Assembly: GCA_031119555.1 (NCBI GenBank)
Contig: JAVHXQ010000005.1
Location: 5,500-69,499 of the forward strand
DNA: 64,000 nt
Reading direction: 5' to 3'
Source of the DNA: Candidatus Dactylopiibacterium sp.
Lineage (GTDB): Bacteria; Pseudomonadota; Gammaproteobacteria; Burkholderiales; Rhodocyclaceae
The position numbers were made by a program, and so were the translations under genes. The notes beneath the pieces are model-generated. The model did not search any database, had not been told where the DNA came from, and saw only the letters and a list, made by a program, of their open reading frames with translations. This document shows, in pieces, positions 17,697 to 27,594 of the stretch (position 1 is its first letter; each line of letters starts with the position of its first letter).

Positions 17697-18704
17697 ATGA
17701 ATGCCATTGCCCTGCCCCCGCGCCGCCTCAGCGTGGCGCCCATGCTGGACTGGACGGATCGCCACTGCCGCCACTTCCACCGCCTGCTCGCACCGCATGC
17801 CTGGCTCTACACCGAGATGGTCACGACCGGCGCCCTGCTGCATGGCGACGTGCCGCGTCACCTGCGGTTCGGCGAAGCGGAGCACCCCGTGGCGCTGCAA
17901 CTGGGGGGCTCCGAGCCGGCCGATCTCGCGCGCTGCGCGCAACTCGCCGAAGCGTGGGGCTACGACGAGGTGAACCTCAACTGCGGCTGCCCCAGCGAAC
18001 GCGTGCAGCGCGGGGCGTTCGGCGCCTGCCTCATGAACGAACCGCAACTCGTGGCCGACTGCGTGGCCGCGATGCGCGATGCCACGCGGCTGCCGGTCAC
18101 CGTCAAGCACCGCATCGGCATCGACCAGATCGAACACTACGATTTCGTGCGCGAGTTCGTCGCCACGGTCGCCGCCGCGGGCTGCGGCACCTTCATCGTG
18201 CATGCGCGCAATGCGTGGCTCCAGGGTCTTTCGCCCAAGGAAAACCGGGAGATCCCGCCCCTGCGCTACGAGGTGGCCCACCAGCTCAAGCGCGACTTCC
18301 CGCAACTCGAAATCCTGCTCAATGGCGGGCTCGCGCGCACCGCCGACATCATCGAGCAGGCGCAAAGCGTCGATGGCGTCATGATCGGCCGCGAGGCCTA
18401 TCACAACCCCTGGGCGCTGGCGGAATGGGAGCGCGCGCTCTGCGACGCCGGCTGGCAGCCCGAACGCCGCGCGATCATCGACGGCATGGTGGACTATGCC
18501 GCGCGCGAAGCAAGCGAACACGGCACGCCCTTGCGCGCCATCGTGCGCCACATGCTCGGCTTCGCCAACGGACTGCCGGGCGCGAAGAGCTTCCGCCGCA
18601 TGCTGTCCGACCCCGCGCTGCTGCGCGACGCGCGCCCCGCGCTGATCCTCGATGCCTGGGCACAGGTCGGTACGCGCGCGGGCGCACTGGACGAGGCCGC
18701 ATGA
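17697..18704 (+). CDS. dusA: tRNA dihydrouridine(20/20a) synthase DusA
   Basis: 335 aa. SVAPMLDWTDRHCRHFHRLL and the remainder are collinear with DusA. Confidence 0.95.
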   Translation: MNAIALPPRRLSVAPMLDWTDRHCRHFHRLLAPHAWLYTEMVTTGALLHGDVPRHLRFGEAEHPVALQLGGSEPADLARCAQLAEAWGYDEVNLNCGCPSERVQRGAFGACLMNEPQLVADCVAAMRDATRLPVTVKHRIGIDQIEHYDFVREFVATVAAAGCGTFIVHARNAWLQGLSPKENREIPPLRYEVAHQLKRDFPQLEILLNGGLARTADIIEQAQSVDGVMIGREAYHNPWALAEWERALCDAGWQPERRAIIDGMVDYAAREASEHGTPLRAIVRHMLGFANGLPGAKSFRRMLSDPALLRDARPALILDAWAQVGTRAGALDEAA

Positions 18705-19240
18705 CGCGTTTGTCGCCGCATCCCGCGAGCCCGCCCCACGCTGCCCTGACCGCGCACGCCCGTGCGGCGCGGCAAGGCGATGAGCTGCACCTGACCTTCG
18801 AGGTGCGCGCCCCCGCCGGGCTGCTTCGCCTGCCCGCCCCCGCGGCTCGCCCGGCCTTCACCGACGGCCTGTGGCGGCACACCTGCTGCGAGGCTTTCGT
18901 GGGCACGCCCGAGGCCGAGGCCTATCGCGAATTCAATCTCTCGCCGTCGGGCGACTGGGCCGCCTATGCGTTCTCCGCCTACCGCGCGCGCGAGGCCTGG
19001 TCGCCTGCCACCACGCCCCGCCTGCACTGCAGCCCGGGGCCGGCGGGCTTCACGCTGGTCGCCACGGTGCCGGCGGAACTCCTGCCGGCGGGCGGAGACT
19101 GGAGCCTCGGTCTGAGCGTCGTGCTCGAAGACCGCGCCGGCGCGCTCGCCTACTTCGCGCTGCATCACGCCGCACCCCAGCCCGATTTCCACGCGCGCGC
19201 AGCCCGCTGCCTGCGCCTCGACAGAAAGAACGCCCCATGA
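18701..19240 (+). CDS. hypothetical protein (179 aa; possibly a DOMON/CBM9-like fold)
   Basis: ATG 18701 overlaps the dusA stop (ATGA). The product is MTRLSPHPASPPHAAL...FTDGLWRHTCCEAFV..EFNLSPSGDWAAYAFS. The family name is a weak recollection only. Confidence 0.6.
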   Translation: MTRLSPHPASPPHAALTAHARAARQGDELHLTFEVRAPAGLLRLPAPAARPAFTDGLWRHTCCEAFVGTPEAEAYREFNLSPSGDWAAYAFSAYRAREAWSPATTPRLHCSPGPAGFTLVATVPAELLPAGGDWSLGLSVVLEDRAGALAYFALHHAAPQPDFHARAARCLRLDRKNAP

Positions 19241-20451
19241 CCGCTCCCGTCCAGTTCGGCCTCGACCGCCTTGTGGCCGACGCCTCCCTGCGCGCGCCGC
19301 TCGCCGGCCGCCGCGTGGCCCTGCTCGCGCACCCGGCCTCGGTCACGCCCGGGCTCGGGCATGCGCTGGACGCGCTCGCGACGCTGCCGGAGGTACGCCT
19401 GACGGCCGCCTTCGGCCCGCAGCACGGCCTGCGCGGCGACAAGCAGGACAACATGGTCGAGTCGCCCGACTACCTCGATCCGCGCCTGGGCATCCCCGTC
19501 TTCAGCCTGTATGGCGAAGTACGCCGCCCGACCGACGCCATGATGGCCCACTTCGACGTGCTGCTCGTCGACCTGCAGGACCTGGGCTGCCGCATCTATA
19601 CCTTCATCACCACGCTGCGCTACGTGCTCGAAGCCGCCGCCCGCCACGGCAAGGCGGTATGGGTGCTGGACCGGCCCAACCCGGCCGGCCGTCCGGTCGA
19701 GGGCACGCGCCTGCGCGAGGGCTGGGAGAGCTTCGTGGGCGCCGGTAGCCTGCCGATGCGCCACGGCCTCACGATGGGCGAACTGGGCCACTGGTTCATC
19801 GCACGGCTCGGGCTCGGGCTGGAATACCGCGTGATCGCGATGCAGGGCTGGCAGCCCGAAGCGGCGCCCGGCCACGGTTGGCCACCCGAGCGCGCCTGGA
19901 TCAACCCCAGCCCGAATGCCGCCAACCTTTCGATGGCGCGCGCCTACGCGGGCACCGTGATGCTGGAAGGCACGACCCTGTCCGAGGGACGCGGCACCAC
20001 GCGGCCGCTCGAGCTCTTCGGCGCGCCGGACATCGATGCCCGCGCGGTCATCGCCGAGATGCGCCGCTTCGCGCCCGAGTGGCTGGAAGGCTGCGTGCTG
20101 CGCGAATGCAGCTTCGAACCGACCTTCCACAAGCACGCCGGCAAGCTCTGTCGTGGCGTGCAGATCCATGTGGAGACGGCGCACTACGACCACGCCGCGT
20201 TCCGGCCGTGGCGCCTGCAGGCGGCCGCTTTCAAGGCGATCCGCGCGCTGTGGCCGGACTACCCGCTGTGGCGCGACTTTGCCTACGAATACGAGCACGA
20301 CCGGCTGGCGATCGACCTGATCAACGGCTCGCCGCTGCTGCGCGAATGGGTGGACGACCCCGCCGCCACGGCTGCCGCGCTCGACGCGATCAGCGCCGCC
20401 GACGAAGCCTCCTGGCATGCCGAGCGCGAGCCTTTCCTGCTCTATCGCTGA
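19237..20451 (+). CDS. DUF1343 / exo-beta-N-acetylmuramidase NamZ family protein
   Basis: 404 aa from ATG 19237, which overlaps the upstream stop (ATGA). It contains GLDRL.., GPQHGLRGDKQDNM and DLQDLGCRIYTFI, typical of YbbC/NamZ. Confidence 0.85.
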   Translation: MTAPVQFGLDRLVADASLRAPLAGRRVALLAHPASVTPGLGHALDALATLPEVRLTAAFGPQHGLRGDKQDNMVESPDYLDPRLGIPVFSLYGEVRRPTDAMMAHFDVLLVDLQDLGCRIYTFITTLRYVLEAAARHGKAVWVLDRPNPAGRPVEGTRLREGWESFVGAGSLPMRHGLTMGELGHWFIARLGLGLEYRVIAMQGWQPEAAPGHGWPPERAWINPSPNAANLSMARAYAGTVMLEGTTLSEGRGTTRPLELFGAPDIDARAVIAEMRRFAPEWLEGCVLRECSFEPTFHKHAGKLCRGVQIHVETAHYDHAAFRPWRLQAAAFKAIRALWPDYPLWRDFAYEYEHDRLAIDLINGSPLLREWVDDPAATAAALDAISAADEASWHAEREPFLLYR

Positions 20452-20518
20452 ACTGGATCAAGCCCGCCGCCACGCATGCGGTTAGACTCGCCGGCCGCAA
20501 CCGCCCCGGAGAACCCGC

Positions 20519-20863
20519 ATGCCCGGCACGACCATTCCCGCCTGCCCCATCTGCGCGATGGAGAACACCTATCCCGACGCCGACAATTTCGTCTGCGCCG
20601 ACTGCGGCCATGAGTGGCCCCAGCAAGCCGCCGCCGTCGAGGACGACAGCCGCATCGTGCGCGACGCCAACGGCACCGTGCTCGCCGACGGCGACGCGGT
20701 GGTGCTCATCAAGGATCTGAAGGTGAAGGGCAGTTCGATCACCCTCAAGCAGGGCAGCAAGGTCAGGAGCATCCGGCTCGTCGGCGACGGCGACCACGAA
20801 GTGGACTGCAAGCTCGACGAAGGCCGCTTCATGCTCAAGGCCTGCTTCCTCAAGAAGGTGTGA
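20519..20863 (+). CDS. yjdM: zinc-ribbon protein YjdM (PhnA family)
   Basis: 114 aa. The N-terminus has CPxC...CxxC, and the C-terminus has DLKVKGSS.TLK.G.KV..IRL....H.V.C......MLKACFLKKV. Confidence 0.9.
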   Translation: MPGTTIPACPICAMENTYPDADNFVCADCGHEWPQQAAAVEDDSRIVRDANGTVLADGDAVVLIKDLKVKGSSITLKQGSKVRSIRLVGDGDHEVDCKLDEGRFMLKACFLKKV

Positions 20864-20879
20864 GCCGGGTCGCTCCGCC

Positions 20880-21278
20880 TCAGTCCAGCGCCGGTTCGAG
20901 CAGCCGGTAGGCCATGAGGCTTGGCGCCCCGCCGGGGGTCAGGCGCACGACGAACGCCTCGCTGGCGGGGCCCCGCTCGTAGAAGGTGCGATAGCGCAGC
21001 CTGACCACTTCGCCGTCCACGGCGGCCTCCACGCGCTCCGTGCCACGCACCGCCCCCAGCGCCGCGCGCTGGCGCTGCAGGCGGCCCGCGAACGCCGCCG
21101 CGTCCTGCGCCTGCCGCAACTCCGGCGCGGCGCGCGCGTAGATGCCATCGAAATCGCCGTCGATGAGCGCGAGATGGAACTCGGGCACCAGGCGTTCGGC
21201 CGCGTCGATGCGCCCGGTGTCCGGCCCGCAGGCGGTCAGCAGCGTCAGCAGCGCGGCACAGAGGATTTTTCCGGGCAT
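20880..21278 (-). CDS. hypothetical lipoprotein
   Basis: 132 aa from ATG 21276..21278, with GGAAGG 2 nt upstream. The lipobox is LLTLLTAC. I recognise no family. Confidence 0.6.
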   Translation of the reverse strand: MPGKILCAALLTLLTACGPDTGRIDAAERLVPEFHLALIDGDFDGIYARAAPELRQAQDAAAFAGRLQRQRAALGAVRGTERVEAAVDGEVVRLRYRTFYERGPASEAFVVRLTPGGAPSLMAYRLLEPALD

Positions 21279-21467
21279 GACCTTCCTTGGTTGGGAAACC
21301 GCGCGGCCAGGCGGGCCGGCCGGTTGCGTGTCGCGCGCCATCGTCGACGGCCGGGGCGCCCTTGTCCAGCCATGTGTGCCGCGAAAGCCACGCCGACACG
21401 GTAAAATGCCCGGTTCTGACGTTTTCGTGCCCGCATCCCGTGGGCACCGACCTTCCGGAGAACCGCG

Positions 21468-22742
21468 ATGTACCAGTCACCCCTGATCCAGGACCTGCAC
21501 GACCGTGGTCTGATTGCCCAGACCACCGACGCGCAAGCGCTCGACGAACTTCTGGCCAAGGAATCCGTGACGCTGTATTGCGGCTTCGATCCCACCGCCG
21601 ACAGTCTCCACCTCGGCCACCTGGTGCCCGTGCTCGTGCTCAAGCGCTTCCAGCAGGCCGGCCACCAGCCCATCGCGCTCGTGGGCGGCGCCACGGGCAT
21701 GATCGGCGACCCCTCCTTCAAGGCCACCGAGCGCAAGCTCAACACGCCCGACGTGATCGCCGGCTGGGTCGAACGCATCCGCGGCCAGGTCGCGCCCTTC
21801 CTGAGCTTCGAGGGCAGCAACGCGGCCATCATGGCCAACAACTACGACTGGTTCGGCGGCATGGGCGCGCTGGAGTTCCTGCGCGACATCGGCAAGTACT
21901 TCTCGGTCAATGCCATGATCAAGAAAGAATCCGTGCAGCAGCGCATCAACCGCGACGACCAGGGCATTTCCTACACCGAGTTCTCGTACAGCCTGCTGCA
22001 AGGCTACGACTTCGCCGAGCTCAACCGGCGTCACGGCTGCGTGCTGCAGATCGGCGGCTCCGACCAGTGGGGCAACATCACGGCCGGCACCGATCTCACC
22101 CGGCGCCTGAACCAGAAGCAGGTCTACGGCCTCACCCTGCCGCTGGTCACGAAATCCGACGGCACCAAGTTCGGCAAGACGGAATCCGGCGCGATCTGGC
22201 TCGACCCCAGGAAGACCTCGCCCTACGCCTTCTACCAGTTCTGGCTGAACACGGCGGACGCCGACGTCTACACGTTCATGCGCTACTTCACCTTCCTCTC
22301 GGTGGCCGAGATCGACGCCATCGAGGCCGCCGACCGTGCCGCCGAAGGCCGCCCGCAGGCGCAGCGCATCCTCGCCGAACAGGCCACCGCGCTCGTCCAC
22401 GGCCAGGCCGCGCTCGAAGCCGCCCAGCGCATCAGCGCCAGCCTGTTCTCGGGCGACGTGGCGAGCCTCACCGAAGCCGACCTCGAGCAGCTCGCCCAGG
22501 ATGGCGTGCCCGGCGTAGAGCTGGAGCGCGGCGCGGGCAGCCTCATCGACGCGCTGGTGGCGGGCGGACTCGCGAAATCGAAGACCGAAGCGCGCGGCTT
22601 CATACAGAGCGGCTCGGTCGCCATCAACGGCACGAAGGCCGAAGCGCAGGACCACAGCTTCGCCGACGCCGAGCGTCTCTATGGCCGCTTCACGCTGCTG
22701 CGCCGGGGCAAGAAGCTCTACGCCATGCTGCGCTGGCGCTGA
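21468..22742 (+). CDS. tyrS: tyrosine--tRNA ligase
   Basis: 424 aa. It has the HIGH-type motif (DSLHLGHL), KMSKS-type KFGKT, and a C-terminal S4 domain. Confidence 0.95.
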   Translation: MYQSPLIQDLHDRGLIAQTTDAQALDELLAKESVTLYCGFDPTADSLHLGHLVPVLVLKRFQQAGHQPIALVGGATGMIGDPSFKATERKLNTPDVIAGWVERIRGQVAPFLSFEGSNAAIMANNYDWFGGMGALEFLRDIGKYFSVNAMIKKESVQQRINRDDQGISYTEFSYSLLQGYDFAELNRRHGCVLQIGGSDQWGNITAGTDLTRRLNQKQVYGLTLPLVTKSDGTKFGKTESGAIWLDPRKTSPYAFYQFWLNTADADVYTFMRYFTFLSVAEIDAIEAADRAAEGRPQAQRILAEQATALVHGQAALEAAQRISASLFSGDVASLTEADLEQLAQDGVPGVELERGAGSLIDALVAGGLAKSKTEARGFIQSGSVAINGTKAEAQDHSFADAERLYGRFTLLRRGKKLYAMLRWR

Positions 22743-22768
22743 CACCTCGCCGCGCGACGCCGATTCCA

Positions 22769-22791
22769 GGCCGGGCTTGCCCGGCCTTTTT
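22769..22791 (+). terminator. intrinsic terminator after tyrS
   Basis: GGCCGGG-cttg-CCCGGCC followed by TTTTT. Confidence 0.7.
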
Positions 22792-22918
22792 CGTGGCCGA
22801 GCGTGCGCGCGGCCCGCGCGCCGTGACACACCGCACATCCAGGAGGAAAATTGTGTCAGCCTTCCCGTAAGGGCAGTCGTTATCCCGCTTACCTCCACCC
22901 CCCACAAGGTCCGTTCCC

Positions 22919-24238
22919 ATGTTCAACGCCGCTCTCCGCCAGCGCCTCGCCACGATCGAGGCCGAGAATGCCCGCCACCAAGCGCTCACCGATGCGCTCG
23001 GGCGATCGATGGCCACCATCGATTTCACGCCCGATGGCACGGTGATCGGTGCCAACGAGCGCTTCCTCGCGCTCATGGGCTACCGGGCCGATGAACTCGT
23101 CGGGCGCCACCACCGCGTGCTGTGCGACGCAGCCTACGCCGCGAGCCCGGAGTACCGCGAGTTCTGGGCCCGCCTGGGGCGGGGCGAATTCCAGCAGGGC
23201 AAGTGCCTGCGCGTGCGTCACGACGGCCAGCCGCTGTGGCTGGAGGCAACCTACACGCCGGTCTTCGGCGCCGACGGACGCGTGGAGCGCATCGTCAAGC
23301 TCGCCACCGACATCACCGCGCGCGAAGACGAAGCGGCCCGCATGCGCAGCCTCATCGAAGCCCTGCAGCGCTCGATGGCGGTCATCGAATTCGACATGAA
23401 CGGTCGCGTGCTCGACGCCAACGCCAACTTCCTGAGCACCATGGGCTACACGCTGGAGGAAGTGCGCGGCCAGTCGCACCAGCGCTTCTGCACGCCCGAG
23501 TACGTCGCCAGCGCGGACTACCGCCAGCTGTGGGCGCAACTGCAGCGCGGCGAATTCTTCTCGGGCCAGTGCCAGCGCGTGACCAAGCGCGGCGAGACGG
23601 TGTGGATGGAAGCCACCTACAACCCCATCGCCGGTGCCGACGGCAAGCCCGCGCGCGTCGTGAAGTTCGCCGCCGACATCACGCAGCGCGTGCGTCAGCA
23701 TGACGCCGAGATGCGCAGCGCGAGCGCGGCCTACGACATCACGCTGGAGACCGAGCAGCTCTCCAGCCAGGGCGAGGAAGTGATCCACGAAACGGTCGCC
23801 AAGATGCGCGCGCTGTCCGAAAGCGTGCGCGACGCCTCCACCGAAGTGCAGGATCTGGGCGCGCAGAGCGCGCAGATCACGTCCATCGTGCGCACCATCA
23901 AGGAGATCGCCGACCAGACCAACCTGCTCGCCCTCAACGCCGCCATCGAAGCGGCACGCGCCGGCGAACAGGGGCGCGGCTTCGCGGTGGTCGCCGACGA
24001 GGTGCGCAAGCTCGCCGAGCGCACCACGTCCTCCACCACCGAGATCGCGGGCATGGTGGCGCACATCCAGGACGGCACCACCAAGGTCATGGAACGCATG
24101 GCGGCGAGCCTGCGCGACGTCGAACAGGGCGTGGCGCTGGCCAACGACGCGGGGGCGGCGATCGAGCAGATGCGCAGCGGCGCGCGGCGCGTGCTGGAAG
24201 TCGTGAGCGCGTTCTCCGACACCCTCAAGCGCGACTGA
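22919..24238 (+). CDS. soluble methyl-accepting chemotaxis protein with two PAS domains
   Basis: 439 aa with no TM segment. It has two PAS repeats (IDFTPDG.VIGANE.FL..MGY; [22 protein letters not shown]) followed by the MCP signalling hairpin ([37 protein letters not shown]). Confidence 0.9.
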   Translation: MFNAALRQRLATIEAENARHQALTDALGRSMATIDFTPDGTVIGANERFLALMGYRADELVGRHHRVLCDAAYAASPEYREFWARLGRGEFQQGKCLRVRHDGQPLWLEATYTPVFGADGRVERIVKLATDITAREDEAARMRSLIEALQRSMAVIEFDMNGRVLDANANFLSTMGYTLEEVRGQSHQRFCTPEYVASADYRQLWAQLQRGEFFSGQCQRVTKRGETVWMEATYNPIAGADGKPARVVKFAADITQRVRQHDAEMRSASAAYDITLETEQLSSQGEEVIHETVAKMRALSESVRDASTEVQDLGAQSAQITSIVRTIKEIADQTNLLALNAAIEAARAGEQGRGFAVVADEVRKLAERTTSSTTEIAGMVAHIQDGTTKVMERMAASLRDVEQGVALANDAGAAIEQMRSGARRVLEVVSAFSDTLKRD

Positions 24239-24350
24239 CGCACACGCCGGCCGCCCCGTGCGTGTGGGCAGCCGGCAGCCGCGACGCTGGAGAAGCGCGC
24301 GCGCGCATCCTAGGCTGAGACCTCTGCCCGCCGCACGAGGAGTCCGCCCC

Positions 24351-24818
24351 ATGACCGCGTCCCGCAGCATCCCCGAGGGCATGAGCGCCATCACGCCCCA
24401 TCTCACCTGCCGCAACGCCTCGGCCGCGATCGCGTTCTACGTCGAGGCCTTCGGCGCCGTCGAACTCGCGCGCCTGCCCACGCCAGACGGGCGCCTCATG
24501 CACGCCCTGATCCGCATCGCCGATGCGCCCGTGATGCTCGTGGATGAATTCACCGAACGCGGCATGCTGAGCCCGCAAGCGCTCCAGGGCACCCCCGTCA
24601 CGCTGCATCTCTACGTGCCCGACGTGGACGCCGCCGTGGCGCGCGCGGTGGCGGCCGGCGCCCAGGTCACGCTGCCCGTGGACGACATGTTCTGGGGCGA
24701 CCGCTACGGCCGCGTCCTCGATCCGTTCGGCCACCAGTGGTCCATCGCCACACACCTGCGCGACCTCAGCCCGGAAGAGATCGCGCGCGCGGCCCGCGCC
24801 ACCGCCGGCGACGATTGA
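24351..24818 (+). CDS. VOC (glyoxalase/bleomycin-resistance) family protein
   Basis: 155 aa from ATG 24351, with GAGGAG upstream. It contains ITPHLTCRNA..AI.FY..AFGA and DPFGH.W, which is PhnB/VOC-like. Confidence 0.8.
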   Translation: MTASRSIPEGMSAITPHLTCRNASAAIAFYVEAFGAVELARLPTPDGRLMHALIRIADAPVMLVDEFTERGMLSPQALQGTPVTLHLYVPDVDAAVARAVAAGAQVTLPVDDMFWGDRYGRVLDPFGHQWSIATHLRDLSPEEIARAARATAGDD

Positions 24819-24846
24819 AGGCGGCGCGGCCGCCAGGGAGTCCGTC

Positions 24847-25251
24847 ATGGTCAGCCAGATCTTCATCAATCTGCCGGTCGCCGACCTGAAGCGCAGCATT
24901 GCCTTCTTCACGGCGCTGGAATTCCGCTTCGAAGAAAAGTGGAGCGACGCAACCACGACCTGCATGGTCGTGGCGCCGACCATCTGCGTCATGCTGATCC
25001 AGCGGGAGCGCTTCCAGGGCTTCACGCCACGCGCCGTCGCCGACGCGCATCACGGCACCGAGGTGCTGCTGAGCATCGCGCTGGAAAGCCGCGAAGCCGT
25101 GAATACCCTGGTGGCGCGCGCGCTGCGCCAGGGAGCCACGGTGTGGAAGACCGCCGAGGACCACGGCTTCATGTACGCCCACGCCTTCGCCGACCTCGAT
25201 GGGCACATCTGGGAGCCCCTCCACTTCACGCCGGCGACGCCCGAAGCCTAG
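24847..25251 (+). CDS. VOC family protein
   Basis: 134 aa. It contains IFINLPVADLKRSIAFFTALEF and FADLDGHIWE. Confidence 0.8.
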   Translation: MVSQIFINLPVADLKRSIAFFTALEFRFEEKWSDATTTCMVVAPTICVMLIQRERFQGFTPRAVADAHHGTEVLLSIALESREAVNTLVARALRQGATVWKTAEDHGFMYAHAFADLDGHIWEPLHFTPATPEA

Positions 25252-25506
25252 AAGCCGCAGGGCGGACGTGCAGGCAGAGGCCCAGACGCCGCCCCGCGCG
25301 GCGCGTTCCGGCACGGCGAACGCGCTGCGGCGCGGCGCCCACCCGGCAGGCAGCGGGACCGCCTCCGCCACAGCCCCGCACGCCGGTCAGCCCGGCGGGA
25401 GCGCGGCACGCAGCCGGCGCACATCCGGCGCGTGTCCCCTCCCGGAACGCGGGCTCCGCGACGGGTGCGGAGCCGGCGCCTCGGCCGCGCGCGCCGCCGC
25501 GCTGGC

Positions 25507-26811
25507 TCACTGCGCGAAGCGTGCGAGCTCGGCGGCGACGTCTTCCGCGCTCACCCCATCGGCGAAGCGGGCGGGCAGGCCGGCGAACGCGGCCGCGCCC
25601 TCGTTCTTGAGGCGCGCCACCCACTGACCGGCCTCGCGTCCCTGCGCGAAGCCTTCGCTCTGCAGCAACAGGCGGCCATCGGCGCTGCTGAGCTTGAAGT
25701 AGAACTGGCCATCGGCCTCGCGGTACTGCTTGAACACCGGGGCCTGCGTCGCGCTTCCGGTGGCGGCGGGCGCCGTTCCGGCGGTCACGGCGATCGCGTC
25801 GAACCGGCGCAGGCCGACGGCCTCGCGCAGTTGCGCGAGCAGCGGCGCGGCCGTGGCGCGGGCCTTGCGCGCCCCTTCCTGCAGGATGTCCTCGATGGCC
25901 TCGGGCTTGCGCATGAGCGCGTCGTAGCGCTCGCGCATCGGCGCGATGTCACGCTCCAGCACCTCCAGGAAGCGCTGCTTGGCCTCGCCCCAGCCGAGCC
26001 CGCCGCGCAGATCGGCGCGGAAGGCCTCGCCCTCGGCGGGCGTCGCGAAGGCATCGAACAGCGTCACGAGGTGGCTCGCGTCCGGGTCCTTGGGTTCGCC
26101 GGGCAGGCGCGAATCGGTCACGATGCGCGCGACGGCCGCCTTGAGCGCGCGGGCGCCGCCCTCGAAGAGCGGAATCGTGTTGTCGTAGCTCTTGGACATC
26201 TTGCGTCCGTCCAGGCCCGGCAGCGTCGCCACGCTGTCCTCGATGGCGGCCTCCGGCAGCACGAACAGCTCGCGCCCCTGACCGAAGAGGTGATTGAAGC
26301 GCTGCGCGATGTCGCGCGCCATCTCGATGTGCTGGATCTGATCGCGCCCCACCGGCACCTTGTGGGCCTTGAACATCAGGATGTCGGCGGCCATCAGCAC
26401 GGGGTAGCAGAACAGCCCCATGGTCACGCCCGCGTCGGTCTCCTCGCCCGTGGCCTCGTTGGCATCGGTGGCGGCCTTGTAGGCATGCGCGCGGTTCATC
26501 AGGCCCTTGCCCGTCACGCAGGTCAGCAGCCAGTTGAGTTCCGGAATCTCGGGAATGTCACTCTGCCGGTAGAAGGTCACGCGCGTGGTGTCGAGCCCGG
26601 CGGCGAGCCAGGTGGCGGCGATCTCCAGGCGCGAGCGCTGGATGCGGGCCGGGTCGTCGCACTTGATGAGGGCGTGATAGTCGGCCAGAAAGAAGAAGCT
26701 TTCGGCGCCGGGCTGGCGGCTGGCCGCGATCGCGGGGCGGATGGCACCGGCGTAGTTGCCGAGGTGGGGAGTGCCGGTGGTGGTGATGCCGGTGAGAACG
26801 CGCAGGGTCAT
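25507..26811 (-). CDS. trpS: tryptophan--tRNA ligase with C-terminal YegP/DUF1508-like extension
   Basis: 434 aa from ATG 26809..26811 ([20 protein letters not shown]). It has KMSKS, and the last ~95 aa contain [29 protein letters not shown]. Confidence 0.9.
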   Translation of the reverse strand: MTLRVLTGITTTGTPHLGNYAGAIRPAIAASRQPGAESFFFLADYHALIKCDDPARIQRSRLEIAATWLAAGLDTTRVTFYRQSDIPEIPELNWLLTCVTGKGLMNRAHAYKAATDANEATGEETDAGVTMGLFCYPVLMAADILMFKAHKVPVGRDQIQHIEMARDIAQRFNHLFGQGRELFVLPEAAIEDSVATLPGLDGRKMSKSYDNTIPLFEGGARALKAAVARIVTDSRLPGEPKDPDASHLVTLFDAFATPAEGEAFRADLRGGLGWGEAKQRFLEVLERDIAPMRERYDALMRKPEAIEDILQEGARKARATAAPLLAQLREAVGLRRFDAIAVTAGTAPAATGSATQAPVFKQYREADGQFYFKLSSADGRLLLQSEGFAQGREAGQWVARLKNEGAAAFAGLPARFADGVSAEDVAAELARFAQ

Positions 26812-26935
26812 GATGGATGAGCGGATCGTGAAGGCCGGGAGCGGCCGGACAAGCCGGCGAGTGTACCGCGTTGGCCGGCGCCTGGTCAGGGGTGCGGTCC
26901 GGCGCACGCGCGCGGCGGCGGAAGCGGCGCGGCAT

Positions 26936-27406
26936 TCACAGCGCGAGCAGGGCGGATTCCTTGATTTCCTCCATGACCACGTAGCTGCGCGATTCGACCG
27001 CGTTCGGGAGCTTGAGCAGGATGCGTCCGAGCAGGTCGCGATAGTCGCGCATGTCGGGAATGCGCGCCTTGATGAGGTAGTCGAACTCGCCCGCGACGAG
27101 ATGGCATTCCAGCACCTCGGGCACGTGCGTCAGCGCCTTTCGCACCGAATCGAAGATCTCGGAGGATTTCTGCGCGAGCCGCAGCTCGACGAAAACCAGC
27201 ACCCGCAGGCCGAGCGCCTCCGGGCTCACGTGGGCGTGGTAGCCGGTGATCACGCGCTCGCGCTCCAGGCGCTTGATGCGCTCGCTCACGGGCGTGGCGG
27301 AAAGGCCCACGCGCTGGGCCAGCTCGGTCACCGGCAGACGGCCTTCGCGCTGCAGGATCTGCAGGATCTTGCGGTCTATGCGGTCGATACGTTCGGTTTC
27401 GGGCAT
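26936..27406 (-). CDS. Lrp/AsnC family transcriptional regulator (divergent from ald)
   Basis: 156 aa from ATG 27404..27406. It contains [39 protein letters not shown]. Confidence 0.9.
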   Translation of the reverse strand: MPETERIDRIDRKILQILQREGRLPVTELAQRVGLSATPVSERIKRLERERVITGYHAHVSPEALGLRVLVFVELRLAQKSSEIFDSVRKALTHVPEVLECHLVAGEFDYLIKARIPDMRDYRDLLGRILLKLPNAVESRSYVVMEEIKESALLAL

Positions 27407-27594
27407 GTCACTGTCTGGGCATCGAAAGGGGGTGCGGCAGGCCAATTATGCTCGGTATGCACGCCCAAAAGCAGTGAATTTCACCATTCAGGAGTTCATA
27501 TGATGGCGCCATCCGCTAGCGCTTACGGCCCGTCCGAGCGGCGCGCCGGGCGGCCCCTTACCGCAGTGCCCATCCTTTCCGGAGTGAGTCCATC

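Noticed and set aside
17619-17720. The dusA 5' end as a hotspot for dusA-specific integrative elements.
   Set aside because: dusA appears full-length from its native N-terminus (MNAIALPPRRLSVAPMLDWTDRHCR). No integrase gene or duplicated dusA 5' fragment is present nearby.
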